DNA of 64,000 nucleotides from Felis catus (GCF_018350175.1 NC_058382.1:51648001-51712000), one strand, 5' to 3'. Counted from the stretch's first letter, positions 50,508 through 62,620 are shown. Numbers and translations are program-made. The notes: a model not told the origin generated them from the sequence alone.

Positions 50508-51054
50508 AAAAGAAAGGACATTTAAGTCCGAAGGTCCCCTCTCCCTCATTCTCTTCTGTATCCTGCACCCAACTTAATGCCAGGGGCACTCTGAGGACAT
50601 AATGTGTATCTGAAGGGAGGGAGGGAGGGAGAGGGAAGGAGGGAGGAAGACATCCATAATTTCCAGGAGTTCTGTTCTTTCATGCGGTGCGTTCATTTTC
50701 CTATAGCAGAATTACATGGCAGAATTTGAGAATTAGCCGAAAGCCGGTTAGGTCAGTTGGGGTGGAGAAAGAGGAAGAAACAGGCGGAAAACTGCTCTCT
50801 GTCTGGAGTATCAGTGCCAAAGATGTCAAACTGTGTAGACAGAACAATTTGGCTGATAAACGCAGTTATGCCTCTAGACTGTTTTTCACCCGGGTAACAG
50901 TTACCCTATCCCTTGTCTCTTCCTGTGTCTTGTTCAGTGGGAAGGAGCCATCAGAGTTAGGTAATATCTCTGCACACAGTTTGCTGTTTCTTCCAGGCTC
51001 ACCTTTCACCAATGTTTTATGTGTCTCCACCAGCTCTGTAACATTGTTTTATTT

Positions 51055-51271
51055 TATTAAAAAAATTTTGTTTTCAATGTTCATTTATTTTTGAGAGAGA
51101 AAGAGAGAGAGCACAAGCTGGGGAGGGACAAAGAGAGACAGAGAGAGGGAGACACAGCATCCAAGCAGGCTCTAGGATCCGAGCCCCACATGGGGCTCAA
51201 ACCCACAAACCACGAGATCGTCACCTGAGCCAAAGTGGGACGCTTAACGCACTGGGCCACCCAGGTGCCCC
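51055..51271 (-). mobile_element. CAN-SINE
   Basis: Degenerate TSD CTGTAACATTGTTTTA/CTGTAGCATTGTCTTA. Confidence 0.9.
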
Positions 51272-51596
51272 TGTAGCATTGTCTTAAAATGACCATCAGG
51301 CTGAGGGAGAGAAAGAAGTCTTTACCATATGTCCTCAGTGCATTCTGAGGGCCGCGTAAGAGCGCAATAAAACTATCATTCCTATACGCTAATAAATTTA
51401 ACAAAGGCATTTATTTGGGAGTACTTTGTCTCCGTAAAATATATTGAGTTGATTTCTCCCTTCGCTCCTGTGACATCACACTCACACCCTTTCCTCCGAT
51501 GTGGCAACTGCTCATTCCCGTTTTCTGTCTCGTTCTATTTCCATTTCATCTTGAATGTTGGAGTTTCTCAAGTTTTCTAGATCCTACGTGCTTCTC

Positions 51597-51646
51597 AGTA
51601 AGATTAACACCAGGAATAGAACAACAGTAAGATTAACACCAGGAAC
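51597..51646. repeat. 29-bp-period tandem duplication
   Basis: CAGTAAGATTAACACCAGGAA twice. Confidence 0.9.
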
Positions 51647-51865
51647 AACGCCTGTGAGCCACTCTTCTATGCGATTTTCTCAAGCTTTCTCCTTTACCTC
51701 TACCAAGGTAGTAAGGGACCAGCCCCTACTATTGTCTCTGTGCCAGAGGAAGAGACGGACACAGAGAGGTTCAGTGAGTTACCCAGCCTGGGTATTGGGT
51801 CCGGTCGTGGACAGAGCCGGGCAATCAAACACCACGACACCAGTTCATAACCATAACTCTCTGCC

Positions 51866-52056
51866 CATGGTTCCCAACCAGAAGCAATTTTGCCCTGCCC
51901 TGGAAATAGTTGGTTATCACAACTGGGGGGGGGGGGGGTCCTGGCATCAAGGGATCAGAAGTCAGGGATGCTGTTAGACATCCCACAGTGCAGGGGGCAG
52001 ATCCCCCAAAGAATTATACAGCCCAGGATGTTAATGGTGCTAAGTGGAGAAACCCA
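51866..52056. mobile_element. MER20 (hAT-Charlie) relic
   Basis: TGGTTCCCAACC...CAATTTTGCCC...GGTTATCACAACTGGG...CAGGGATGCTGTTAGACATCCCACAGTGCA...GAGAAACCC. Confidence 0.8.
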
Positions 52057-52184
52057 GCTCTATGCGTCTTTTGTTAACCTTTTACCTTGAGCTATCGGTG
52101 ACTCAAAGTCCAACCTGCAGGCGGAATATACTAGAACTTATATTCTTTGCCCTGACCACCCCTTTGACGTTTACAACTTTCCTG

Positions 52185-52520
52185 CATTTGGTGATACAAC
52201 TTGACATCCCCATTAGATGTCACAGATTCACTGTATCCAAAACTGAGCCCACGGGCCTGCCTCCATCACAAATTCCCCTCCAGGGCTCCCTATCTCCACC
52301 AAATGGCACCACCATCAAATTATCCACACAAGCCAGAAACCTGGGGGACCCCTTGGGACCTCCCTCTTCTCCCTCTTCTCCAATTCTATCCAGATTCTAC
52401 CTCCCAAGTGTCTCTGGAGCCCACCCATTCCTCTCCATCGCTGCCGACACCACCCTCTGGGTCCCAGTTTCCCCGCAGGCATTTCCAGCTTGGGCAATCA
52501 CGGTCACCTCCTGAGCTCAG
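52185..52520 (+). mobile_element. L2 relic
   Basis: CTTGACATCCCCATTAGATGTC...TCCAAAACTGAGC...AATGGCACCACCATC...CAAGCCAGAAACCTGGG. Confidence 0.7.
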
Positions 52521-52999
52521 CCTCACTGCTCTGCACCAACCAGGGCACCTCTCGTATGTTACGATCCCCTAGAAGCCATGACTTAAGAAGGGCTCTGCTT
52601 GGATTTAGGAAAAAAAAAAAATCTTGAAAGCTATTAAATAGCTATCTTCCCCAGCTCTGAAAGCATCCTTCTCAGAGTCATTTCCCAGTTTGCTCATTGT
52701 TTATCCGTGGGTATCTGAACAGATGGCACATTTGAAACAGGATGGTTAGGACCAATGGCAGAGCAGGAGACCCAGATTCTGTTCCCTAACAGAGAACAGT
52801 AATTAAACAGATATCCACGAATGGAGATAGCTCTGGGGGAGCTCAGGAGTCCACCCAAGAAGGCGCAGCCACATAGCAGAGCAAAAACCCCGAGATTCAC
52901 CGGAATATGTACATCTGTCTTTATTCTCAGTCTTAACGCTGTGCCTGACACATAGTAGCACTTCATAAATTAAAAGTAAAAAGATCTGGATACATTTTT

Positions 53000-53243
53000 T
53001 TCTATCTTTTAAAGTTTATTTAGTTATTTTGAGAGAGCGAGAGAGAGTGAGAGAGTGAGAGAGCACGAGTGGGGGAAAGCAGGGGAGAGAAGGAGAGAGA
53101 GACAGAGACAGAGAGAATCCCGAGCAGGCTCTGTGCCCCCACCCTGAGCCCCATGCGGGGCTTGATCTCAAAGACCACGAGATCATCAGCTGAGCTGAAA
53201 TTAAGAGTTGGACACTTAACCGCCTGAGCCACCCCGTGCCCCA
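53000..53243 (-). mobile_element. CAN-SINE
   Basis: GA tract, reverse-complement head; flanked by CTGGATACAT/CTGGATATAT. Confidence 0.88.
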
Positions 53244-54417
53244 AAAGACCCTGGATATATATTGAGCGCTTAGTAAGCACTGGGTTCTACCCTGAATGGT
53301 GGCAATACATTGATGGAAAAGATTGGTCTGGTTCCAAAGACCTGACAGTTAAGGGCTTTTCTGATCACGAACGAAACGTTTTCACAATTAAACTGTTCCA
53401 ATAGGGAAGCTGTTCCACTTGCTTCCAAGAGCCAGAGTCCCACTGGCCCCATTCTCCCGAGAACGGTGGCTCTGGGTCCTTTCCCACTTACCTTAAATCT
53501 TGCATGAATTTCTCTCACCCACTCTGCTGTTCGAAAGGAATATTTTTTACAATCTTCACTTTTTTGTTTCTCCCCCCTAGGACTCAATGCCTGGCCAGAG
53601 TCATCACGCAGAATATGAAAAATCGATGATGCATTGTTGCTCTGAGCGTCCTCAAAGAGGTTATGTTCCTTATTGATTCACTGGAACACATTAAAGCCCT
53701 GTGCTGAAATCCTGACGAATCCCTGCCTGTTTTCATGGATTTTTTTTTTTTAATCAGGCTAAAAAGATATCTTGTAAATTCTCTGCCATAATAAAATTTC
53801 TGCAGCCTGCAAGAGCTTCTTTCTGGTTTCAGACCGCCAGAACTATTTTGTTGGAATCTTGTATAAAACGCTCTGGAGAATAATCGATCTATGGCTTAAT
53901 GATTTTCCAAACACAGTATGTCCTAGGACACATTATCTGCAGGGAACAGCAAATCGTGGTTGAGGGTAGAGAAAAGCTATGTTAAGGATTCTTAGTACCT
54001 GCTCCTGTTGTCCGAAATCGTGTGAATCGCTCTGCTCTTAAATATCACCCAAGAGGTCCTTGAACCTTTGACGCTTGATTGAAGAATGTCTCCAGTCCTC
54101 ATACTTCTATGCATATAGCTCAACGTTAAGGATGCTGCTTGCCCTCCGTGCAAAGCAAAGAAGGCGAGAGAATGAAATTAGTGGAAGAGGACGGTAGGAC
54201 AGGAGTAGAAATAAATTGAAAACCAGGAGGCCTGGCTTCAATCCCCTAACACTTTCACTAAATACATACGCACGTGTCACTTCCCCGCTCAGCATCCTGG
54301 CCTGTGAAACGAAGGAGCCGAACCAGATCAGAAATCACAAACCGGCAGCCAGCTGGCAGGATTTGGCTGGCAGGCATGTTTTCTTTGGGTCACACGGTAT
54401 AAAATAAAACCAAACAA

Positions 54418-54642
54418 GGGGCGCCTGGGTGGCGCAGTCGGTTGAGCGTCCGACTTCAGCCAGGTCACGATCTCGCGGTCCGGGAGTTCGAGCCCCGCGT
54501 CGGGCTCTGGGCTGACGGCTCGGAGCCTGGAGCCTGTTTCCGATTCTGTGTCTCCCTCTCTCTCTGCCCCTCGCCCGTTCATGCTCTGTCTCTCTCTGTC
54601 CCAAAAAGAAATAAACGTTGAAAAAAATAAATAAATAAATAA
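54418..54642 (+). mobile_element. Young SINEC_Fc
   Basis: Near-consensus copy; TSD AAAATAAAACCAAACAA. Confidence 0.95.
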
Positions 54643-55081
54643 AAATAAAACCAAACAAGCAAACAAACGTGAAAACCCAACATAGCCCAAGATGTTTCGC
54701 GTAAGGAGATGGCCACTCAAATTCTACGTATCAAGGTGCCCCCGAAAAATCAGAAGATCGGGCCATCTCCAGCTGCACTCCTTGTGGCCACAGCTGTCAG
54801 AAGTGTGTACCGCTAGCCACTTGACCTGGGGGCCCTGGCAATCCAGTTCATGACCATCTGCACGACCCCCCCCCCCATCAACCCCTGGTACTGGTAGGGA
54901 GGTAGACGTTATTTTTCATTTATGCGCACGTTACTCTGTTGTTCTCTTGTTGTAGAGAACCATTTCATTTTCCAACGCGTGATAGGAAAAAAAACGGCAC
55001 AGGGCAGAGAGACAATGAAAGCCGCCTGCTTCAATAAAAGTGGCAAAGAAAACACGCTCTTGTGGAACTGAAGACTATTTC

Positions 55082-55302
55082 TTTTTTTTTTTTTTTTCCC
55101 AACGTTTATTTATTTTTGGGACAGAGAGAGACAGAGCGTGAACGGGGGAGGGGCAGAGAGAGAGGGAGACACAGAATCGGAAACAGGCTCCAGGCTCTGA
55201 GCCATCAGCCCAGAGCCCGACGCGGGGCTTGAACTCACGGACTGTGAGATCGTGACCTGGCTGAAGTCGGACGCTTCACCGACTGCGCCACCCAGGCGCC
55301 CC
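55082..55302 (-). mobile_element. Young SINEC_Fc
   Basis: Near-consensus copy; TSD CTGAAGACTATTTC. Confidence 0.95.
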
Positions 55303-55560
55303 GCTGAAGACTATTTCTAAGTGTGTCAGATGCAGACAGAGTGTGTCCTCATCGAACAGATACAACAGGTTGATTTCACGCTTTCACACTACCTACCCGG
55401 AAGGTAGGTATTGGCGATTATACCTCCCCGATGAGACGATCTCAGGGGTCCCTTCTAGCTCTAGAGACTTTGCCTAAGAAAAATGTGTGTTCTGCTACTA
55501 GAAAAGCCATTTATTCACCTTTTAGGGCTCCCTCTCTCTTTGCCTGGAAGAGTAACTCAA

Positions 55561-55789
55561 GGGACGCCTGGGTGGTTCATTCGGTTAAGCGTCCGGCTTC
55601 AGCTCAGGTCATGATCTCACGGTTTGGGAGTTCAAGCCCCGCATCGGGCTCCGTGCTAACAGCTCAGAGACTGGAGCCTGCTTCGGTTTCTGTGTCCCCC
55701 CCCCGCTCTCTTTTTGCCCCTCGCCCTCTAATACTTTGTCTCTCAATCTCTCTCTCCCTCAAAAACTAAACACACATTAAGAAAAGAAA
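55561..55789 (+). mobile_element. CAN-SINE
   Basis: TSD AAGAGTAACTCA. Confidence 0.92.
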
Positions 55790-56418
55790 AAGAGTAACTC
55801 ACGATGCCTCTGCAAAAGTAGGAGCTGACAAAAAGCAACAGGGCTGTACAAAACACATTATGTGGGACGCGGCCATCCGCATAATACTCTGCGTCCACGA
55901 GGAAAAATCACCTACGCTCTTCGGCAGGGGCAGAAATGACATTGCAAGAGCCATGGACGGCCCATTGACAAGTCGTATATGGAAAGGCAGCTCATGTCTC
56001 CATGGGCACGTCAGCATCCATCATCAACAGCCAGAGTTCTGAATCTGGAGTCCACGGATCCAATCCGGTCCTGCGATGCCAAGGGCTTGAGAGTCTCTGA
56101 GACATCCTAGAAACATGCAAATTTTTGCACGCCTGGGCACACGTGCATCCACAGGTTTCACAAAATTCCTGAAAGCCCCCTGACTCCTCACCGTCCCCCA
56201 CCCACCCCGCAGGTTAAGAACCTTTGAGATACACAGGGCATCGATTAAGCTAACCAACGGTATAGGTGTTCTTGCTGGGACATAATTACAACCACCGTAT
56301 TTTCCAAACCAATACCTGGGGTGCAGATTTGGGCACGTAGCTGGAAACCAAGACAGGATATTGAGATGACAATTGTTCCAGGAAACCCAAGACATTCGGT
56401 CACTTTAGATTAAAACCA

Positions 56419-56628
56419 TTTTTTCTTAATGTTTATTTTACTTTTGAGAGATAGAGACAGAGTGGGAGTGAGAGAAGGACAGGGAGGGAGGGAGACACAG
56501 AATCCGAAGCAGGCTCCAGGCTCTGAGCTGTCAGCACAGAGCCCGACGCAGGGCTCGAACCCACGAACCATGAGATCACGACCTGAACCAAAGCTGGACA
56601 CTTAACCGACTGAGCCACCCAGGTGCCA
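56419..56628 (-). mobile_element. CAN-SINE
   Basis: Full structure; flanked by GTCACTTTAGA/GTCGCTTTAGA. Confidence 0.92.
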
Positions 56629-57269
56629 CCCGTCGCTTTAGAAATTAGACCGTGAGGAAGTGATGAGAGGGGTGGGGAAATGTGGTTTGGGGGGCGGGGT
56701 TGGCCATAGTCATACGAAAAGACTTAGGATAAGCAGTCGCCCTGAGGACCGCAGTGTTTCCGGAAAAATCAGTACCAGATTCGGGATCTTTTATCATCCC
56801 TTTCAGTGGCCTTTTCCTCAACTCCACCCCTGGCATTTATTTCAGATCAGACCCTCTCCCCCCACCCCCGCCCCCCAACCTGTCCCTTCTAGTTCTATTT
56901 CCCAGAGAAAGCCTAGCAAAACACTTCCTCTGTTGTGGCCTCCTGTCTCTGGCTTTTCTTCTAGGCCAGAACACATGTCACAGTGATTGGCCAGATCCTG
57001 TCATTTTATTTTTCTTTCTTTTCTCTTATTTTTTCCTCCTTCTCCTTCTCTCTCTCTCTCTCTAGCAGCTGTGATTTCGAAGACGCTTCTCTGATGTCAG
57101 ACCTCATTTTAAATCTCACAACCCAAATTTTGATCAGCGTCCGTAGCAGAGTAACAAACAGAAAAAATGGAAAAAAACTGAAAACCTCTCAGACAATACG
57201 TTCCGTCAATCAACCCACAAAAGTTTCTTCTGCCCCTCACTGGTGCTCGGAACGAAAACCTCGCTCTTG

Positions 57270-57430
57270 TGAGTGAGGTCCCAGAACCGGTGGTATCAGT
57301 TTCACCTGGGAACTGGCTAGAAATGCAGAGTCACAGGCTCTTCCTCTTCTTCCACAGGCTTAGAGAATGAGAAGCTGCATTTAGCAGGATCCCCGGGAGA
57401 TTTGGAAACACATTACAGTTGGTCAAACTG
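57270..57430. mobile_element. MER5A-like MITE
   Basis: CACCTGGGAACTGGCTAGAAATGCAGAGTCACAGGC...CTGCATTTAGCAGGATCCCC. Confidence 0.65.
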
Positions 57431-57669
57431 CGTTAAAGGCAGGTGCCCGGCTGTTGGTTAGAGCGCCCCACCTGGCCAACAGCTGTTATTACAGCCATCT
57501 TGGAGAAACCAGGAGAGAATCTAACGTGTACAGTCTGAACTAGCTACGCACATAGATCATAGGGGTGTCCCTTTTTCCTTCATGAAAAATCGAAGATGGT
57601 CCCTCTCCAGGACATGAGTGCAGCATGATGAAACACCAAAAGGACCGCCGTTCTAAGTGTCCAAAACCT

Positions 57670-57797
57670 GGGGCTCCCGGATGGTTCAATGGGTTAAGCA
57701 TCCAGCTCTTGATTGCGGCTCAGGTCATGATCTCATGGTTTGTGAGTTCAAGCCCCGCGTGGGGCTCTCTGTGCTGACAGCATGGAGCCTCCTTGGG

Positions 57798-57839
<42 letters not shown>

Positions 57840-57907
57840 CCTCCCCTGCTTGCGCGCGCTCTCTCTCTCTCTCTCTCTCAAAATAAATAAACATTAAAAA
57901 AAAAATA
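57670..57907 (+). mobile_element. CAN-SINE with expanded (CT)n
   Basis: TSD AAGTGTCCAAAACCTG/AAATGTCCCAAACCTG. Confidence 0.92.
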
Positions 57908-59851
57908 AATGTCCCAAACCTGTCTTCTAACTGTGGTCCTGCCACTTACTTACCTGGATTTCCCTAAGGTCCTGTCTCATCTGATTCAAAATAGAGTGAA
58001 TATTACCCTTCATGTCCATGGGGCAGCGTTTCTGGGAATGTCAAATGGAAGGGGTGCAGGGTCGTGGTTAAGGAGGAATCTTGAGCCCTAGATTTAGCCC
58101 CAAATACAAAGTATTTGTCCACCACTTCTTAGCTGAGTCGCCTTAGGTAAGTAGCTTGCCCTCTCTGTTATCAAAGTACCTCCCACATAAGGTTGTTGTG
58201 CAGAGTAAACATTGTAACATGTTAAGAAGCAAAGGGGCCCTGCGGGCACCCAGGAAGTAACCGGTAAGTGTTATCGCCTATGTGAAAGCAGTTTTGTGAA
58301 GAGGTCTACAGATGGGCTGTATCCTCAGTGGTGGGTGGGCAGGCAAGGCGATCCCCAGATGGGAATTAAAGATGTCACCCTGTGGCTCACCAAGGAATTT
58401 CCCGGACCTCTGTCCAGGAGCCCTACTGTATACATGGCGGCACCAGGACTTTGGGAATAACTCGGCGCTTCTCCACGACACGCAGGTAGCAAAGCCGCGA
58501 AATCTCAGGCCTCTTTGTAAAAACCCACGAAACGGTGTTCAGTTACGAGCGTTTGCTCATACACGCTCACAAATGATCAGTGCTGGCACTGCTGCTATTT
58601 AATGTTTAGTTTCCTGGAAGACTATCTTGAGATAGATTCGAATAAATCTAAGAGGGAGATAAGCACCAAAGGGTGTAATCAACAGGACTTCCTCAGTTTT
58701 TCCAAACAGGACTTGATGAAACTCGTCCACCGTGAAAATTAAAACAGACCCCTCTTCCTTGTGAAATTCTCGTGTTTTAAGGGCTTTACAGGCAGTAGAA
58801 TTGCATTTGATGCTCTTCTGGGTTAGAGAGGAATGATATCCCCATTTCACACACGGTGACACTGAGACCCAGGGAGAGAAAGAGATTTGCCTCGGGCCAC
58901 GCACCTGGTTGCCGCTGAAGCCGGACCCCCGGTCTGCGAGCCACTGTGCTTTCTGGGCGTGAGCCAGACTCGCTGTATTGTTTGGCTCCGGCCAAGGTCC
59001 AGTTCACTGAACATCCGGGAGGAAAAGAGAGTGAGGACCACCAGGCAGACGCATAGCAACCTCATGCTTGAGCCTGGTGAGTGAGGCTCCTCAAGTTTTT
59101 AAAGCGCCATCACTAACAATAGCCTGAGAGGGGACAGCTACAGACGCCGTGCTCCTCCTCCTACCTTGCAACTGAAGGTCTCTGCTGGGTCATCCTTGAG
59201 AAAAGCATGTGAAATCATGGGAGGCGAACCCCTGCGGCTTTTATCCGGCACACACGCCACCTGACTGCGCTCACTCACCTCCTGGGTGAGGGTGCGGCCG
59301 TGTGGATGGTACTCGTGAAGTATCTGCCTCCGTTTCTCTCTCTCCCCTCCAAAGCTGGGCTTCCATCCAGGTTGGGGAAGCCCAGCCTGCTTGATTGCCA
59401 AACACACGGTCCTCAGCCTCCCCGTATTAATCTCCCCGAAATTAATCACCTTGGCTGGAATCACCTTAGGGGCAAACGTTTCTAATGCCTACATTTGTCA
59501 CTCTGGGAGAAGCCGTGCCAATTACCGTGGCACCAACTATAAATCTCATGGCTTCTAAAGAATATTAGATATTTAATTAGATCTTGAAAACCCTCCTCAC
59601 CTAGTACCTTAAGGGTCTCCGGGCCCTCTTCTGAAGCTGATAATTAAAGAAAGAACTCTTCCCTGAGTCTGCGTCTTCCTCTGGGAATCAGATAACGCCC
59701 ATCAGAATAATTACTAAGCCTCAATATTGGTCTGACTTGGGTAGGCATAAGGAGCAGCAAAAGAAATTTAAATGCAGCCATTTGCCCCCAAAGAACTTCC
59801 AAGCTAGTTGGCCATTTATTTATTATTCAAGTGTTCCATAAATATTTATTA

Positions 59852-60125
59852 AGGTGGAAATAATGGTCCCCCTAGATGTCCACCTCCTAATCTCCAGAAC
59901 CTGTGAAGGTGTTAAATTGCATTGCCAAGGAGAAGTAAGGTTGCAGACGGAATTAAAAGTGCTAATCCACTGACTTTACAATAGTGAAATTAGCCTGAAT
60001 AAAATGAAATTAAAGTAGAATACAGTAAAGTAAAATAAGATAAGATAAAATAAAATAGTGAGACTAGCCTGGATTATCTGGATGGGCCCAAGGTAATCAC
60101 CAGGGTCCTTGAAAGTGGAAGAAGG
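59852..60125 (+). mobile_element. MLT1D-like LTR 5' half carrying an A-rich insert
   Basis: AATAATGGTCCCC..AGATGTCCACCTCCTAATCTCCAGAACCTGTGAA...CTGGATTATCTGGATGGGCCCAAGGTAATCAC..GGGTCCTT. Confidence 0.8.
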
Positions 60126-60340
60126 TGAGGCACGTGGGTGGCTCTGTTGGTTGAGTGTCCAATTCAGCTCAGGTCATGATCTCACAGCCCGTGGGGTCGA
60201 GCCCCACGTCAGGCTCTGGGAGCCTACTTCGGATTCTGTGTCTCCCTCTCTCTCTGCCCCTCCCCTGCTTGCACTCTGTCTCTCAACAATAAATAAATGT
60301 CACAAAACACTTAAAAAATAATAAAACATTAAAAAACAAA
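60126..60340 (+). mobile_element. CAN-SINE, degenerate
   Basis: Head, B-box region, CT tract, tail. Confidence 0.85.
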
Positions 60341-61252
60341 CAGGCCAGTGCAGAAACACGCAGGCCAGCGGCAAGCTTTTGGGTGTTCAGGTCATGTGAT
60401 CAAGTAACATCTCTTCCCCGAAACAGCGGCTGGAGAAGCTTCTCAAATGTGCAGCGTGAGAAAGATTATTAAAGTGTTTCTTTTAAGATGACTTTTTAAT
60501 TGCAAAATAATAATCTCCCGGCATCTCTGCCTCACCGAGCTTAGGGAAATATTCAGCGAGCGTTTGTGTGTCCCAAGAGAGAGGCTGATGCATAATTGCA
60601 AATTATTACCACCTCTGTGGGTCACGATGCCCAGATTATCTCCCAGCAGGTTGACAATCAGAAATCTGCTTCTAATCTGGTGGTTTTTCACAGCTGGTAA
60701 CCTTTTCCTTTATTCCTGGATAGAATGGAAATTAGTGTTGTATGCCTCCGCCTTTTGCTTTCATGGACCATTTATCGTATCAAAGCCCATTTGTCTGTGT
60801 ACCAGCCTCACCGAATTAGGTAAACAGAGTTCCAGGAGGAACCAACAGCTGTTACCCAGACAAGTAATCACAAGACACAAAGCTTCAGTTCAGCAGCTGC
60901 CACATAAACATCGTTTTCAAAAATACGGCAGCTAAGAGGCAGCGTGAGGAGAGAACCTTCAGGGGACTGTTTGTAAGCGCTTGGTTTGAAACGGAGGCTT
61001 GAATTCCCAGTTCCTTACTCGGGCCAAATAGCGCTCCAGTTCTGGCCCTGCCCACCTCTCTGAGCTCCCTTCTCCCCCTTCAGAACCTTCCCGGCCATCA
61101 GGGTGTGGGGTCCAGTGCTAAATGCATTCCCAGCATTGCTTCCCTTCATTCTCACAGCAACCCTTTGAGGCAGACACAAGGACGGCTAAAGCCATTCAGA
61201 GAGGTGCAGTAATCTGCCTGGGGGTGCACAGCTAGAAAGGGGACGGGCTCCT

Positions 61253-61736
61253 CGTATCAGTCTGATCTTTGTGAAAACGGTAAGGGAGACTTTCTCAGGG
61301 GATGTCAAGACTATCACCATAGAGGAGAGAGACCAGGCTCAACTCTGGAACTCGGGATTCACGTCCGGTGAGCTTAGTGTGAGGGCCAATGGATGGAAAG
61401 TTGCTAGAAGGGGACCTCGGGGGGTAGGTAGCGGCATCCTTGCTAAACTGACTTCACGGGATTCTTGCCAAGTGCCTTATACCTCAAGGTGGAGGTCAAG
61501 GTCAAGGCCTTATAAGGTCAAGGGTCAAGGACATACCTCAAAGTGGGGGATGAGGAACTTGACCAGATGGCAAGACTTAGCATGCTTAGCAGGCTTAGCC
61601 TGACTTAGCAGGCTTTCTCGTAAAATTGGGCTGGGCAACCCAGAACAGGAAGGGCAGGGGGGTATGGCTGATGCTTCGTAGAAAAGAGGGCTCTGAGGAA
61701 CCTGAACTAAAATCTGGGCAGAGAGGGTCTTCGTCA
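61253..61736 (-). mobile_element. ERV1 solo LTR, MER31-like
   Basis: Minus-strand start TGACGAAGACCCTCTCTGCCCAGATTTTAGTTCAGGTTCCTCAGAGCCCTCTT resembles recalled MER31 5' end. Confidence 0.65.
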
Positions 61737-62524
61737 GGGTGCTGATGTGAACCGGGCAGACAGTTCCTACCCTCATGAGCGTGGAGTCTAAGGTCAAACG
61801 GTGACTGTATTGTTGTCTATGAGGTCACAGCCATCCATAGTGGGCCAGGACCCTCCCGTGGGTTTCCTTTCCTTTCATCAGTGTCTGACCAGGTGGTAGA
61901 AGGTGGAGGCAGCAGAGAGAGGAAGTGAAGAGAGGAAATGTGGCAGCCTGCGTGGGTAGCCTGCGTGTTGCAGGACCTGGCAATGATCGGCTCACCCCTG
62001 GGAGAGGCTGCCAGCCCAGGGCTGGTCTCAGCCCTGTATCCCTTGGCTCCTGGCCCTTTCTCCCTGGTTTGTCTTGTCTGGGGGGTGTCATCTGACCCCG
62101 ACGTACCACCGAGATTTAGACGGCGCCTTGACTTGCCAGGCCCTGATGGAGAGTTAGTTCCAAGGGCAGGAAGACTGGGGAGACCGTTTCCGGCTTGATT
62201 ATACTGGATCCTTCTCAGTCCTGCATTTTGTTAACCCGGGGGGGCCCCGGTCCTCGCCGACAGCAAGGAGAGCCTGTTGTCTGTGGACATACTACAAGGA
62301 CATTGTAAGCTAGAACTATTTAACAGGATGTAGATGTGAGATGAAAAAGAGAGAGGCTTCTTGTTTTCTTCCCCGGGCTACCTGGAGGTTCACCGACAAA
62401 CCTGAATGCAATGGACATCTTGCCACCTTGCCCTCAGCTTCTAATGCAATTTCCTCCTCTCTCCCACTTAGACAACTCGTGTCTCCAGTCTTCTTCAGCA
62501 AACCCCCTGAAACAATTTTCTCAC

Positions 62525-62620
62525 AATTAGATGCGGGGCTTGAACTCACGATGCTGGGATCAAGACCCGAGCTGAGAGCAAGAGGCAGACGCTCCACCAA
62601 CTGAGCCACCCAGGCGGCCC
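62525..62620 (-). mobile_element. Short CAN-SINE fragment
   Basis: GGGGCTTGAACTCACGA...AACTGAGCCACCCAGGCGGCCC. Confidence 0.8.

Noticed and set aside
57461..57478. CTCF site GAGCGCCCCACCTGGCCA
   Set aside because: One base short in the core relative to consensus; poor match
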